A stretch of 64,000 bases of DNA, from positions 32,001-96,000 of the forward strand of contig CAWBVY010000004.1 of the NCBI GenBank assembly GCA_963792415.1. Reading direction: 5' to 3'. Positions 54,651 through 64,000 of the stretch are shown in pieces. How positions within the stretch are numbered: position 1 is the first letter of the stretch; each line of letters starts with the position of its first letter. This DNA is from Candidatus Deferrimicrobiaceae bacterium (GTDB lineage Bacteria; Desulfobacterota; Deferrimicrobia; Deferrimicrobiales; Deferrimicrobiaceae). The notes beneath the pieces are model-generated. The model did no database searches. It was not told where the DNA came from and saw only the letters and a program-made list of their open reading frames with translations. A program made the position numbers and the translations under genes.

Positions 54651-56102
54651 TCAGGGAATCCGGCGCGGAAGGGCGGCGAGGGCGCGGAGCCGGGCGGCGG
54701 CGTGGTCGACGATCGGGGGGGGGTACGTCTTTCGGGGCGTCACCCCCGCCCCGGACAGCACGGAAGCAGGCGCTTCCCAGGGCCGATGGATCCACCGGTC
54801 CGGCAGCCGGGAGAGTTCGGGCACCCACGTCCGGACATAGTTCCCCCGGGGATCGAACTTCCCCCCCTGCAACACCGGGTTGAAGACGCGGAAAAACGGC
54901 GAGGCGTCCGCGCCGCACCCGGCGACCCACTGCCAGCCGAACGTGTTGTTCGCGAGGTCGGCATCGACCAGGGTATCGAAGAACCAGGCGGCTCCCGCCC
55001 GCCACGGGAGGAGCAGGTCCTTCACCAGGAACGAAGCGACCACCATCCGGACCCGGTTGTGCATCCACCCGGTCTTCCAGAGCTGCCGCATCCCAGCGTC
55101 CACCAGCGGGTAGCCGGTGCGTCCCTTCTGCCAGGCGACGAGGGCGGCGGGGTCGTCCCTCCAGGGGAAGGCGGTGAACTCCTCCCGCAGCGGCGAGTGG
55201 ACGGTGGCGGGAAAGTGGAACAGGAGGTGATGGGCGAACTCCCGCCACGCCAGCTGGCGGAGAAACGCCTCCGCGCCGCGCGCGGAACCCGGCGAGCTGT
55301 CGGCCCCCGCGCGCGCCTGGACCGCGTGCCACGCCTGGCGCACGCTGACGCAGCCGAGGTGCAGGTACGGGGAGAGCCGGGACGTCCCGTCCCGATCCGG
55401 CCGGTCGCGGTCGTCGGGATAGGCGGCCATCGCGTCGTCGAGAAATCCGGATAGGCGATCCCCCCCCGCCTTCTCGCCCGCCGGCCAGGCGGCATGGATC
55501 CCGTCGTCCCATGGCACGGACGGGCGGAGCCGGAGATCCGGCAGCGGCCAGGAAGGAGGAGGCGTCCCCGTGGAAGGGATCCGCAACGGCGACGGTCGCG
55601 ACGCCTCTGGGACCGGGGAAGACCGGCACTTCCGCCAGAACGGCGTGAAGACCCGGAACGGGCCGCCGGCAGCCGTCTTCATGGCATCGGGCGGGAAGAG
55701 GAGGCCGTCGTCGAACAGGCGCGCCTCGAGTCCGTTGGCCCGCAGCGCCGCGATCGTTTTCGCGTCCCTCGCCAGGAGCGCAGGCTCCCAAACCCGGTTG
55801 GCGTAGACCGTGTCCGCTCCCGTCTCCCGGGCGAGGTCGATCAGCGCCTTGATCGTGGGGCCGCGCCGAAGAACGAGACGGCTTCCCCGGGCTTCGAGCG
55901 ACTCCGCAAGAGATTGAAGGGCGTCGTGGAGAAAGACGCGCGCGGCGGCGCCCGCGGCGGAGTCCCCTTCCTCCCCCGGGGCGTGCACCCACGCGGCGAC
56001 CACCGGGGCGCCGCGCGCGACCGCCGCCTCGAGCGCCGGGTTGTCCGACAGCCGCAGGTCGCGGCGGAACCAGACGACGGTCGCAGGAGGTATACTTTGC
56101 AT
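54651..56102 (-). CDS. phr: Deoxyribodipyrimidine photolyase (class I)
   Basis: WFRRDLRLSDNPAL, TSRLSPYL, WREF, GWMHNRVRM, FRVFNP motifs. Confidence 0.93.
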   Translation of the reverse strand: MQSIPPATVVWFRRDLRLSDNPALEAAVARGAPVVAAWVHAPGEEGDSAAGAAARVFLHDALQSLAESLEARGSRLVLRRGPTIKALIDLARETGADTVYANRVWEPALLARDAKTIAALRANGLEARLFDDGLLFPPDAMKTAAGGPFRVFTPFWRKCRSSPVPEASRPSPLRIPSTGTPPPSWPLPDLRLRPSVPWDDGIHAAWPAGEKAGGDRLSGFLDDAMAAYPDDRDRPDRDGTSRLSPYLHLGCVSVRQAWHAVQARAGADSSPGSARGAEAFLRQLAWREFAHHLLFHFPATVHSPLREEFTAFPWRDDPAALVAWQKGRTGYPLVDAGMRQLWKTGWMHNRVRMVVASFLVKDLLLPWRAGAAWFFDTLVDADLANNTFGWQWVAGCGADASPFFRVFNPVLQGGKFDPRGNYVRTWVPELSRLPDRWIHRPWEAPASVLSGAGVTPRKTYPPPIVDHAAARLRALAALPRRIP

Positions 56103-56179
56103 TGGCTCAGTATAACCGAACGCCTCCTGGAGTCGTCCCTTAGCGCCACCGAATCCGGTGGCGGATCGGAGGAACCGCG

Positions 56180-58573
56180 ATGCAGCCGACCGTTGAACGA
56201 TCGAACCCCGAGGGGTATCCCCTGACGGAAGAGGTGCTGCGACGGATGGACGCCTACTGGCGCGCGGCCAACTACCTCTCCGTCGGCCAGATCTACCTGC
56301 TCGCCAACCCGCTGCTGCGGGAGCCCCTTCGCATGGAGCACGTGAAGCCGCGGCTGCTCGGCCACTGGGGAACCACCCCGGGGCTCAACTTCATCTACGT
56401 CCACCTGAACCGGGTGATCCGCGCGAACGACCTGAACATGATCTATATCGCGGGTCCCGGGCACGGCGGCCCGGCCCTGGTGGCGAACACCTGGCTCGAG
56501 GGGACGTACAGCGAGGTGTACCCCGACGTCCCGCGGAACGAAGAGGGGATGCGGACGCTGTTCCGGCAATTCTCCTTCCCCGGCGGGATCCCCAGCCACG
56601 TGGCCCCCGAAACCCCGGGATCGATCCACGAAGGGGGGGAGCTGGGGTACGCCCTCTCCCACGCCTTCGGGGCGGCCTTCGACAACCCCGACCTGATCGC
56701 GGCGTGCGTGGTCGGCGACGGCGAGGCGGAGACCGGACCGCTCGCCGCGTCGTGGCACTCCAACAAGTTCCTGAACCCGATCACGGACGGGGCGGTCCTG
56801 CCGATCCTGCACCTCAACGGGTACAAGATCGCCAATCCCGCGATCCTCGCGCGGATCCCCCCGCAGGAGCTCGCCAACCTGTTCGACGGCTACGGATACG
56901 AGCCGTGGTTCGTCGAAGGGGACGACCCCGCGACGATGCACCGGAAGATGGCGTCGGCGCTGGACACGGTGATCATGAAGATCCGCTCCATCCAGATGGA
57001 AGCGCGCACCACCGGGAAGACGGCGCGTCCCCGGTGGCCGATGATCATCCTCCGCACGCCGAAAGGGTGGACGGGCCCGAAAACCGTGGATGGAAAACAG
57101 ACGGAAGGCTCCTGGAGGTCCCACCAGGTCCCCTTCGGGGCCATGGCGGGAAAGCCCGATCGCCTCCGGATGCTGGAGGAGTGGATGAAGGGGTACCGGC
57201 CGGAGGAGCTCTTCGACGAGGGCGGCCGGCTGCGGCCGGAACTCGCGGAGTTGCCGCCGGAGGGAAACCGGCGGATGGGGGCCAACCCCCACGCCAACGG
57301 GGGCGTCCTGCTCAAGGATCTCGCGATGCCCGATTACCGGGAGTACGCCGTAGAGGTTCCGAAGCCGGGGGGGGCGACGGCGGCGGCGACCCGCGTGATG
57401 GGGAGGATGCTCCGCGACGTGATGAAGCGGAACGCCGAGGCGAGGAACTTCCGGGTGATGGGTCCGGACGAGACCGCATCGAACCGTCTCGACGCACTCT
57501 TCGAGGCGACCGACCGCACCTGGGTGGCCGCGACGCTCCCCGGCGACGACCACCTCTCCCCCGACGGGCGGGTGATGGAGATCCTGAGCGAGCACACGTG
57601 CCAGGGGTGGCTCGAGGGATACCTCCTCACCGGCCGGCACGGCCTCTTCTCCTGCTACGAGGCGTTCATCCACATCGTGGACTCGATGTTCAACCAGCAC
57701 GCCAAGTGGCTGAAGACGACGTCGACGGAGATCCCCTGGCGCCGCCCGATCGCCTCGCTCAACTATCTCCTGACCTCCCACGTCTGGCGGCAGGACCACA
57801 ACGGCTTCTCCCACCAGGACCCCGGCTTCATCGACCACGTGGTGAACAAGAAGGGGAACGTCATCCGGGTGTACCTGCCCCCCGACGCCAACTGCCTGCT
57901 GTACGTGACCGACAAGGTCCTGCGAAGCCGGAACCGGATCAACGTGATCGTCGCGGGGAAGCAGCCCTCCCCGCAGTGGCTGGACATGGACGCCGCCATC
58001 CATCACTGCACCGCCGGGATCGGGATCTGGAGGTGGGCGAGCAACGACGAGGGGGCGGAGCCGGACGTGGTGATGGCGTGCGCGGGGGACGTGCCGACGC
58101 TGGAGACGCTGGCGGCGGTCGACCTGCTCCGGAAACTCCTGCCCGACCTCCGCGTCCGGGTCGTGAACGTCGTGGACCTGATGACCCTGCAGCCCCGGGA
58201 GGAGCACCCCCACGGCCTGACGGACATCGAGTTCGACACCCTCTTCACCACGGACAAGCCGATCCTCTTCGCCTACCACGGCTACCCGTGGCTGATCCAC
58301 CGCCTGACGTACCGGCGGACGAACCACGGGAACCTCCACGTCCGGGGGTACAAGGAGGAGGGAACCACCACCACGCCGTTCGACATGGTGGTGCGCAACG
58401 ACCTGGACCGGTTCCACCTGGTGAACGACGTGATCGACCGGGTGCCCGGGCTCGCGGCCCGCGCGGCCTACACCAAGCAGGCCCTCCGGGACAGGCTGAT
58501 CGACCACCGGCAGTACATCACGCTCCACGGGGAGGACATGCCCGAGGTGCGGGAGTGGACGTGGCCGTACTGA
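56180..58573 (+). CDS. xfp: Xylulose-5-P/fructose-6-P phosphoketolase
   Basis: [43 protein letters not shown] motifs. Confidence 0.96.
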   Translation: MQPTVERSNPEGYPLTEEVLRRMDAYWRAANYLSVGQIYLLANPLLREPLRMEHVKPRLLGHWGTTPGLNFIYVHLNRVIRANDLNMIYIAGPGHGGPALVANTWLEGTYSEVYPDVPRNEEGMRTLFRQFSFPGGIPSHVAPETPGSIHEGGELGYALSHAFGAAFDNPDLIAACVVGDGEAETGPLAASWHSNKFLNPITDGAVLPILHLNGYKIANPAILARIPPQELANLFDGYGYEPWFVEGDDPATMHRKMASALDTVIMKIRSIQMEARTTGKTARPRWPMIILRTPKGWTGPKTVDGKQTEGSWRSHQVPFGAMAGKPDRLRMLEEWMKGYRPEELFDEGGRLRPELAELPPEGNRRMGANPHANGGVLLKDLAMPDYREYAVEVPKPGGATAAATRVMGRMLRDVMKRNAEARNFRVMGPDETASNRLDALFEATDRTWVAATLPGDDHLSPDGRVMEILSEHTCQGWLEGYLLTGRHGLFSCYEAFIHIVDSMFNQHAKWLKTTSTEIPWRRPIASLNYLLTSHVWRQDHNGFSHQDPGFIDHVVNKKGNVIRVYLPPDANCLLYVTDKVLRSRNRINVIVAGKQPSPQWLDMDAAIHHCTAGIGIWRWASNDEGAEPDVVMACAGDVPTLETLAAVDLLRKLLPDLRVRVVNVVDLMTLQPREEHPHGLTDIEFDTLFTTDKPILFAYHGYPWLIHRLTYRRTNHGNLHVRGYKEEGTTTTPFDMVVRNDLDRFHLVNDVIDRVPGLAARAAYTKQALRDRLIDHRQYITLHGEDMPEVREWTWPY

Positions 58574-58634
58574 CGCGCGCGCGGGAGGCTACCCCGGGCC
58601 CGGAAGAAGACGACTGTAATAGGCACGCGCCCCT

Positions 58635-61088
58635 TTAGCGTGCCGGTGCGTTTCCGCCCTTGCCGTCCTGCCAGTACGGATACCAGGCCAGCGATATCAT
58701 GGAGACCGCGATGTCGGTCTTTTTCGGGCGAACCTCGCACGTCTCCAGTTCCTCGGCGAGGGGGTCACCGGCCGCGCCGACCTCGGCCATTTCCTGTTCC
58801 ATGAGCGCCTGGAGCTCGTCCTGCTGCTTCTGCAGCGCCTCGAGGTTTTCCTGGGCCCGCGCGACGTCTTGCGATTCCTTCAACGTGCGGCCCGCCCCGC
58901 GGGCGGTGGTTGCTGCCCGCCCGAGCGTCGACTGGCTAAATGCTTTCCTGCCGGTCAGCGCCGTCAGGATGGCCGTCCCGAAAGAGATGGCGGTCTGCAG
59001 CTTCTGCTGGCTCGCCTGGGTCTTTTCCCGCTCGGTGGCCAGCCCGGCGCGCCGGACCCGGTCCTGGAGCGCCGCGATTTTGGGGGCGTACTTTTGCCGC
59101 AGGCGCTCAACTTGCTGGTCCCGCTTCTCCCTGCCGGCCTGCTGCAGCCGGATGCGGAAGGCGCGCTCCGGCTCCCCGGGTCCGGAAAGCATCCCGGTGG
59201 CCGGGCTTTTCAGCAGCTCCAGCTTCCGGTTCCGGTAGACCCATTCCTTGAAGGCGTTCCCCCACCCGGCGTAATTCTTCGCGCCGGAGGCCTCCCCGCA
59301 CGGTGCGCTGAAGGTGGCGTCGGGGGCGTGCGGGAATTTCTCGAGATCGGCTTCCTTCATCTCCTCCTCCCGCGCTTCCCCCCAGTCGATCCGGGAGGGG
59401 GATTCGGAAAACTCGGCGAGGAGACAGATGTCTTTCCGGGCGGAGACCCCGATTTTTGCATTGCTGTAGTAGACCGTTCCCATCCCCAGCAGCATCGGTT
59501 CGTAGTGGAGGAGGGCCCCTTCGGGCGGCGGCACGCGCACGGACAGGTACCCCTGGGGGACTCCCGGAGGCAGCACGGGACGCGCGGTGGCGGGAGCGGC
59601 GGCGCGGGGTTTCGCGGCGGAAGGGCCGGCGGCCGCGGGCGGCGGAACAACCGGCGGAGCGGTGGTGCGCTCCGATTTGAACGGATCCATCAGCTGCTTG
59701 ACCTGGGTCCGTGTCAGGGGGCCGCGAAGGTACGACATCGCCCAGCGGGACTGGAAGACGACCGGCGCATCCTCGTGGACGTTGTTCATCAGGAACACCC
59801 GCTGGCCCAGCCCCGCGAGGAGCTGCTCCATCCGTTTCCGGTCGAACCGGCCGGCTCCCGTGGCGGCCGCCCCTTCCAGCCCGTCCAGCACCCGCTCCTT
59901 GTCGCGCTCGGTCTGCAGGCGTCCGAGGAACCAGGTCCCGGTGTTGGACAGCCCCTTGTAATCCAGGTCCACCGGGTTCTGCGTGGCGAGAACGATCCCC
60001 AGCCCGAACGCCCGGGCCTGCTTCAGGAGCGTCAGGAGGGGAGCTTTCGACGGCGGATTCGCCACGGGAGGGAAGTACCCGAAGATCTCGTCCATGTAGA
60101 ACAGCGCCCGCAGGCTGGTCGTGCCCGGCTGGGCCCGCATCCACCCCAGCAGCTGGGCGAGGAGCAGGGAAACGAAGAACATCCGCTCGGTATCGTTCAT
60201 GTGGGCGATGGAAAAGATCGACACCCGTGGTTTCCCGGCCGCCGTGTGGAACATCCGGTCGATGTCCAGCGGATCCCCCTCGAGCCACGCGGAGAATCCG
60301 GGCGCGGCCAGGAGATTGTTGAGCTTCATGGCGAGCGCGAACCGGTCCTTGGAGGGGAAGAACGATTCGAGGTCGAAGACGCCGATGCGGGTTACGGGCG
60401 GGGACTGGATCGCCTGGATGAATCCGGCCAGGTCCAGGTCCTGCCGCTGCTTCCATGTATTGTCGAGGATCGTGGAGAGGAGAATATGCTCCCGGCTCTG
60501 GACCGGGTCGCCCTCGATCCCCAGGAGATTCAGCAGGCCGGTGACCGTCGTGCCGATCCGCTCCCCGAGCAGTTCGTTATCCGCGACGACGGCGTCTCCC
60601 GGGAACGCGAACGATTTCAGGATCGACACCGGGATCCCGGCGGTGCTTCCCGGCGTGTAGATGGCGAACTCCGCGGCTTCCTTGAGCTTCCGGATCCTCT
60701 CCCCGTCCTGGCCCCAGTCGGCCAGCCCCTTCTTCCAGAGGGCGGCCTGCCCCGCCGCATACTCCTGCGGCGAGACCCCTTTCCTGCGCGCGTCCTCCTC
60801 GTTGATCCACGGAAGAAAATCCTCTTCCCGGAGATCGGGGAAGGTCAGCAGCAGGTTGGCCAGGTCCCCCTTGGGATCCAGCACGATGGCGGGGACGCCG
60901 TCGATCACCGCTTCCTCCAGGAGGGAGATGCACAGCCCCGTCTTGCCGCTCCCCGTCATCCCCACGCAGACCGCGTGGGTCACGAGATCCCGGGAATCGT
61001 AGAGGACCAGGTTTTCCCCGGGAGCGTTCTTGCCCAGATCGAATTCGCGTCCGAGGTAGAAAACTCCCAGTTTCTCGAAGTCCTGCAT
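58635..61088 (-). CDS. HerA/FtsK-superfamily ATPase (DUF87/DUF853-like) with C-terminal coiled coil
   Basis: Walker A GMTGSGKT, LDPKGD, Walker B FYMDE, ARAFG...LATQNPVDLD motifs. Confidence 0.82.
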   Translation of the reverse strand: MQDFEKLGVFYLGREFDLGKNAPGENLVLYDSRDLVTHAVCVGMTGSGKTGLCISLLEEAVIDGVPAIVLDPKGDLANLLLTFPDLREEDFLPWINEEDARRKGVSPQEYAAGQAALWKKGLADWGQDGERIRKLKEAAEFAIYTPGSTAGIPVSILKSFAFPGDAVVADNELLGERIGTTVTGLLNLLGIEGDPVQSREHILLSTILDNTWKQRQDLDLAGFIQAIQSPPVTRIGVFDLESFFPSKDRFALAMKLNNLLAAPGFSAWLEGDPLDIDRMFHTAAGKPRVSIFSIAHMNDTERMFFVSLLLAQLLGWMRAQPGTTSLRALFYMDEIFGYFPPVANPPSKAPLLTLLKQARAFGLGIVLATQNPVDLDYKGLSNTGTWFLGRLQTERDKERVLDGLEGAAATGAGRFDRKRMEQLLAGLGQRVFLMNNVHEDAPVVFQSRWAMSYLRGPLTRTQVKQLMDPFKSERTTAPPVVPPPAAAGPSAAKPRAAAPATARPVLPPGVPQGYLSVRVPPPEGALLHYEPMLLGMGTVYYSNAKIGVSARKDICLLAEFSESPSRIDWGEAREEEMKEADLEKFPHAPDATFSAPCGEASGAKNYAGWGNAFKEWVYRNRKLELLKSPATGMLSGPGEPERAFRIRLQQAGREKRDQQVERLRQKYAPKIAALQDRVRRAGLATEREKTQASQQKLQTAISFGTAILTALTGRKAFSQSTLGRAATTARGAGRTLKESQDVARAQENLEALQKQQDELQALMEQEMAEVGAAGDPLAEELETCEVRPKKTDIAVSMISLAWYPYWQDGKGGNAPAR

Positions 61089-61176
61089 GGTTTCCCCCTT
61101 CGGCGGGTGGGAATGCTTAGGGCATTATATTTATTTCCGGGGGGCTGGCGCCCCGGTTATCCCCGGGGGTTGTCGA

Positions 61177-61345
61177 TCAGGGGAAACGTTTTTCCGAACA
61201 CGTACGGCCGCCGCTGCCGCCGATCGTGGTATCGCGCGTGCTGAGAAGACCGGCGACTGCCGCAAGGATCTGCGGATTCCTGGTCACCAGATCCATCAGC
61301 CCCCCCATCGCGCTGCCACCCTGCCCGGCGCCACCGCTGGCGTTG
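61177..61345 (-). pseudogene. Truncated YidB/DUF937-like gene fragment
   Basis: Translates as ...GGSAMGGLMDLVTRNPQILAAVAGLLSTRDTTIGGSGG then degenerates to a stop. Family call is from memory. Confidence 0.45.
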
Positions 61346-61561
61346 GGTGAATTCTACCATCCCGCAATGGATTCCGTGACCGCAGGCTTCCCCCTCGTGA
61401 TCCCCCGGCGCACGGAGACAGGCTTTCCTTGGACGGACCAAGCGATGTAAGTGGTATATCCCTTCGGGTTTGCAGAAAAAAAAAACGGAACTTCCCAGGA
61501 GTTATCGACGAATGTTAATATTTAGTTCTGCGTTTCAGATCCGAGGGACAAGGAGAATCCG

Positions 61562-61960
61562 ATGGACGGGAAGAAAAGATCGAACCGGCAGGTGTTCGTT
61601 GTCGTAACGATCATTGGGCTGCTGTTCGCGGCCGGATGCGGCTCCTCGAATAAAATGACCGCCCAAACGTCCGGGGAGAAGATCTTCGGGGCGGACAAAG
61701 CGTTCTCGGATGCCAGAGAGAGCAATGCGTCCCGGAACGCGAAGGAGGCTCTTGCGGTTGCGGAAGGAAAACTCGCGAAAGCCAAGGATGCCTTTGCCAA
61801 TAAGAACTATGAAGAGGCCGCCGACCTGGCGGACCAGGCTGTGATCGACGCGGAGTACGCCAAGGCCCGGGCCACGACCCAGAAGAACCTGGAGATCGCG
61901 GAAGGAATAAAGAAAGAGACCAACGACCTGCGCCAGGAAATCGAGCGGATGTCCAAATAA
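61562..61960 (+). CDS. DUF4398-like lipoprotein
   Basis: Lipobox AAGC and Ala-rich helices (AEGKLAKAK...YEEA...AVIDAEYA). Confidence 0.8.
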   Translation: MDGKKRSNRQVFVVVTIIGLLFAAGCGSSNKMTAQTSGEKIFGADKAFSDARESNASRNAKEALAVAEGKLAKAKDAFANKNYEEAADLADQAVIDAEYAKARATTQKNLEIAEGIKKETNDLRQEIERMSK

Positions 61961-61985
61961 CATTTCTTCACGGAGGGATCGGAAG

Positions 61986-62951
61986 ATGAATCATATTCAA
62001 TGGATCCGGATCAAAAGCGGGATGGGCATCCTCCTTCCGTTCGGTTTGCTCCTTCTCTTCGTCGCGGCGTGCGGCCCCTCCCAGAAGGAGATGATGGCCA
62101 AGGACCAGATGGACCGTGCCAAGAAAGCCTACGCGGAGGCCAAGGCCAACCCGAACGTGGAAGCCTATGCGCCGATGGAGCTGCAGGAAGCGGGCAAGGC
62201 CGTCCAGGTGGCCGAGAATGCGAAGGAAACGGACGACATTCTCCAGCTTGGCTACATCGCGGAGAGGAAGACGCAGGTTGCCGTGACCATCGCGGACGGC
62301 AAGGTGGCGGAGAGGGACATCGATAAGCTCAACGTGGAAAAAGCCCAGATGAACGCCAGGAAACAGACCCTGGAGGCGGAGCGCGCCAAGCAGGAAGCCG
62401 GAAAGGCGATGGACGAGGCGGAGCGGGCCCGGATGGCGGCGGCTGCCGAAGCGGAGAGGGCTGCGATCGCGAAACGGCAGGCGGATGCCGAAGCGGCGAA
62501 GGCAGCCAAGGCGAAAGCCGAATCCGACAAGCTCATGAAAGAGCTTGCGAGTCTCAAAGCCCAGCAGACGGAGCGGGGGATCGTCCTGACGATCGGAGAC
62601 GTGCTGTTCGCCACCGGCAAGGCGGATCTGTCGGTGAGCGCGAAAAAGAGCGTGGGGACCCTGGCCGAATTTTTACAGAAGAATCCGAACCGGAACGTGC
62701 TGATCGAGGGCCACACGGACAGCGTCGGGGCGGATGACTACAATCTGGCCCTTTCCCAGAGGAGAGCGGATTCGGTGAAAGACGATCTGTTGGAGAACGG
62801 GATCTATGCAGGCCGGATCACTGCCGTGGGGTATGGAAAGAAGTACCCCGTGGCCAGCAACGACACCGCGGCCGGCAAGGCGCAGAACCGTCGTGTGGAT
62901 GTGATCATCCTGAACGAAGGAGTCAAGGCGGAGAGCCAGATGCGAAAGTAA
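61986..62951 (+). CDS. DUF4398 + OmpA-like peptidoglycan-binding lipoprotein
   Basis: Lipobox VAAC; DVLFATGKA, IEGHTDS, LSQRRA, QNRRVD motifs. Confidence 0.9.
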   Translation: MNHIQWIRIKSGMGILLPFGLLLLFVAACGPSQKEMMAKDQMDRAKKAYAEAKANPNVEAYAPMELQEAGKAVQVAENAKETDDILQLGYIAERKTQVAVTIADGKVAERDIDKLNVEKAQMNARKQTLEAERAKQEAGKAMDEAERARMAAAAEAERAAIAKRQADAEAAKAAKAKAESDKLMKELASLKAQQTERGIVLTIGDVLFATGKADLSVSAKKSVGTLAEFLQKNPNRNVLIEGHTDSVGADDYNLALSQRRADSVKDDLLENGIYAGRITAVGYGKKYPVASNDTAAGKAQNRRVDVIILNEGVKAESQMRK

Positions 62952-62994
62952 CCATTGGGTCCCCCCGGGGGATCCCCTGGGGATCAGCGATCGG

Positions 62995-63032
62995 GGAGAG
63001 GGCGGGAGATACCCCGCCCTCTCCGTTTTTTT
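62995..63032 (+). terminator. Rho-independent terminator
   Basis: GGAGAGGGCGGG stem pairing with CCCGCCCTCTCC, followed by T7. Confidence 0.8.
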
Positions 63033-63067
63033 CCCGGAAGATCGACCGGCCCGACCATGCCGCGATG

Positions 63068-63127
63068 CAGTTCATCACGCTCCACAGGGAAGAGATTCCC
63101 GAGGTGCGGGAGCGGACGTGGCCGTAT
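63068..63127 (+). repeat. Degenerate copy of the xfp 3' end
   Basis: 53/60 nt identical to 58511-58570 (QFITLHREEIPEVRERTWPY vs [20 protein letters not shown]). Confidence 0.85.
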
Positions 63128-63170
63128 TCGCCCGAATTTCTCGCCAGGCGAGTGCCGTGCTCCGGGGAGG

Positions 63171-64000
63171 CTACCCCCGACCCGTTGAGGAGAGGACCCG
63201 CGCGATGAGGGCCTGGGCCTCCTCCTGGATTTTCCGCAGGTGGTCCTCGCCCAGGAAGCTTTCGGCGTACAGCTTGTAGACGTCCTCGGTCCCCGAGGGA
63301 CGGGCGGCGAACCAGCCGTTCGCGGTGACCACCTTCAGGCCGCCGATCGCGGCGCCGTTCCCGGGGGCGGTCGTGAGCATCGCCTCGATCCGCTCCCCCG
63401 CCAGCGTATCCGCGGTCACCTGGGAAGGCGACAGCCTCGACAGCGCGGCTTTCTGCTCCATCGTCGCGGGGGCGTCGATCCGCTCGTATACCGGGGCGCC
63501 GAACTCCCGGGTAAGATCGGCGTACTGCTCGCCCGGGTCCCTGCCGGTGGTCGCCATCACCTCCGCCGCGAGCAGCCCGAGGATCAGCCCGTCCTTGTCG
63601 GTACTCCACGCCGTCCCGTCCTCCCGCAGGAACGAGGCGCCCGCGCTTTCCTCGCCGCCGAACCCGAGCGTGCCGTCCGACAGCCCCTCGACGAACCATT
63701 TGAACCCCACCGGCACCTCGTGGAGCCGGCGCGACAGGCGCGCCGCCACGCGATCGATCATCCCGCTGCTCACGACGGTCTTGCCGATCCCCGCATCGCT
63801 GCGCCACCCGGCCCGGTTCCGGAATAGGTAGTCGATCGCGACCGCAAGATAATGGTTCGGATTGAGCAGGCCGGCAGTCGGCGTCACGATCCCGTGCCGG
63901 TCGGCGTCCGTGTCGTTCCCGAAGGCGACGTCGAACCGGTCGCGCATGGCGATCAGCCCGGCCATCGCGAACGGGGAGGAGCAGTCCATCCGGATCTTCC
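63171..64000 (-). CDS. pgm: Phosphoglucomutase, 5' end outside the window
   Basis: [45 protein letters not shown] motifs. Confidence 0.93.
   Translation of the reverse strand, partial: KIRMDCSSPFAMAGLIAMRDRFDVAFGNDTDADRHGIVTPTAGLLNPNHYLAVAIDYLFRNRAGWRSDAGIGKTVVSSGMIDRVAARLSRRLHEVPVGFKWFVEGLSDGTLGFGGEESAGASFLREDGTAWSTDKDGLILGLLAAEVMATTGRDPGEQYADLTREFGAPVYERIDAPATMEQKAALSRLSPSQVTADTLAGERIEAMLTTAPGNGAAIGGLKVVTANGWFAARPSGTEDVYKLYAESFLGEDHLRKIQEEAQALIARVLSSTGRG

Noticed and set aside
62958-62985. Fifth copy of the GGTACC repeat (GGGGGATCCCCTGGGG)
   Set aside because: Only a short palindromic resemblance; the rest of the consensus is missing.

Overview
This is a high-GC bacterial chromosomal window. 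Gene content (MucR/Ros, multiheme cytochrome-FeS-NrfD modules, lutABC, split ArnA) suggests an anaerobic Deltaproteobacteria-like lineage such as Ca. Deferrimicrobiaceae/MBNT15; this is inference only. It holds about 55 mostly housekeeping or metabolic genes: an L-Ara4N (arn) lipid A modification operon, cytochrome P460, glgB, a tandem pair of cytochrome c/4Fe-4S/NrfD modules, typA, tkt-tal, acnA, gdhA, a polar amino acid ABC system, lutABC, photolyase, xfp and a partial pgm. I found no rRNA, tRNA, CRISPR array or transposase. The most notable observations are: (1) a modular intergenic repeat/MITE family in four places, including a 4x60-bp tandem array, a TIR-bounded element whose ends coincide with the stop codons of both flanking genes, and a copy that forms a gene's 5' UTR and RBS; (2) a gdhA-linked module with a Fic pseudoenzyme (catalytic His to Arg, inhibitory Glu to Ala) and a KaiC-like/ATP-grasp PEP-utiliser-like orphan; (3) a ~4.5 kb islet flanked by degenerate duplications of the xfp/pgm gene ends; (4) several translation oddities: an in-frame TGA, an ATC start, a homopolymer frameshift and four apparently leaderless genes. 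All assignments come from motif reading; no database searches were run.
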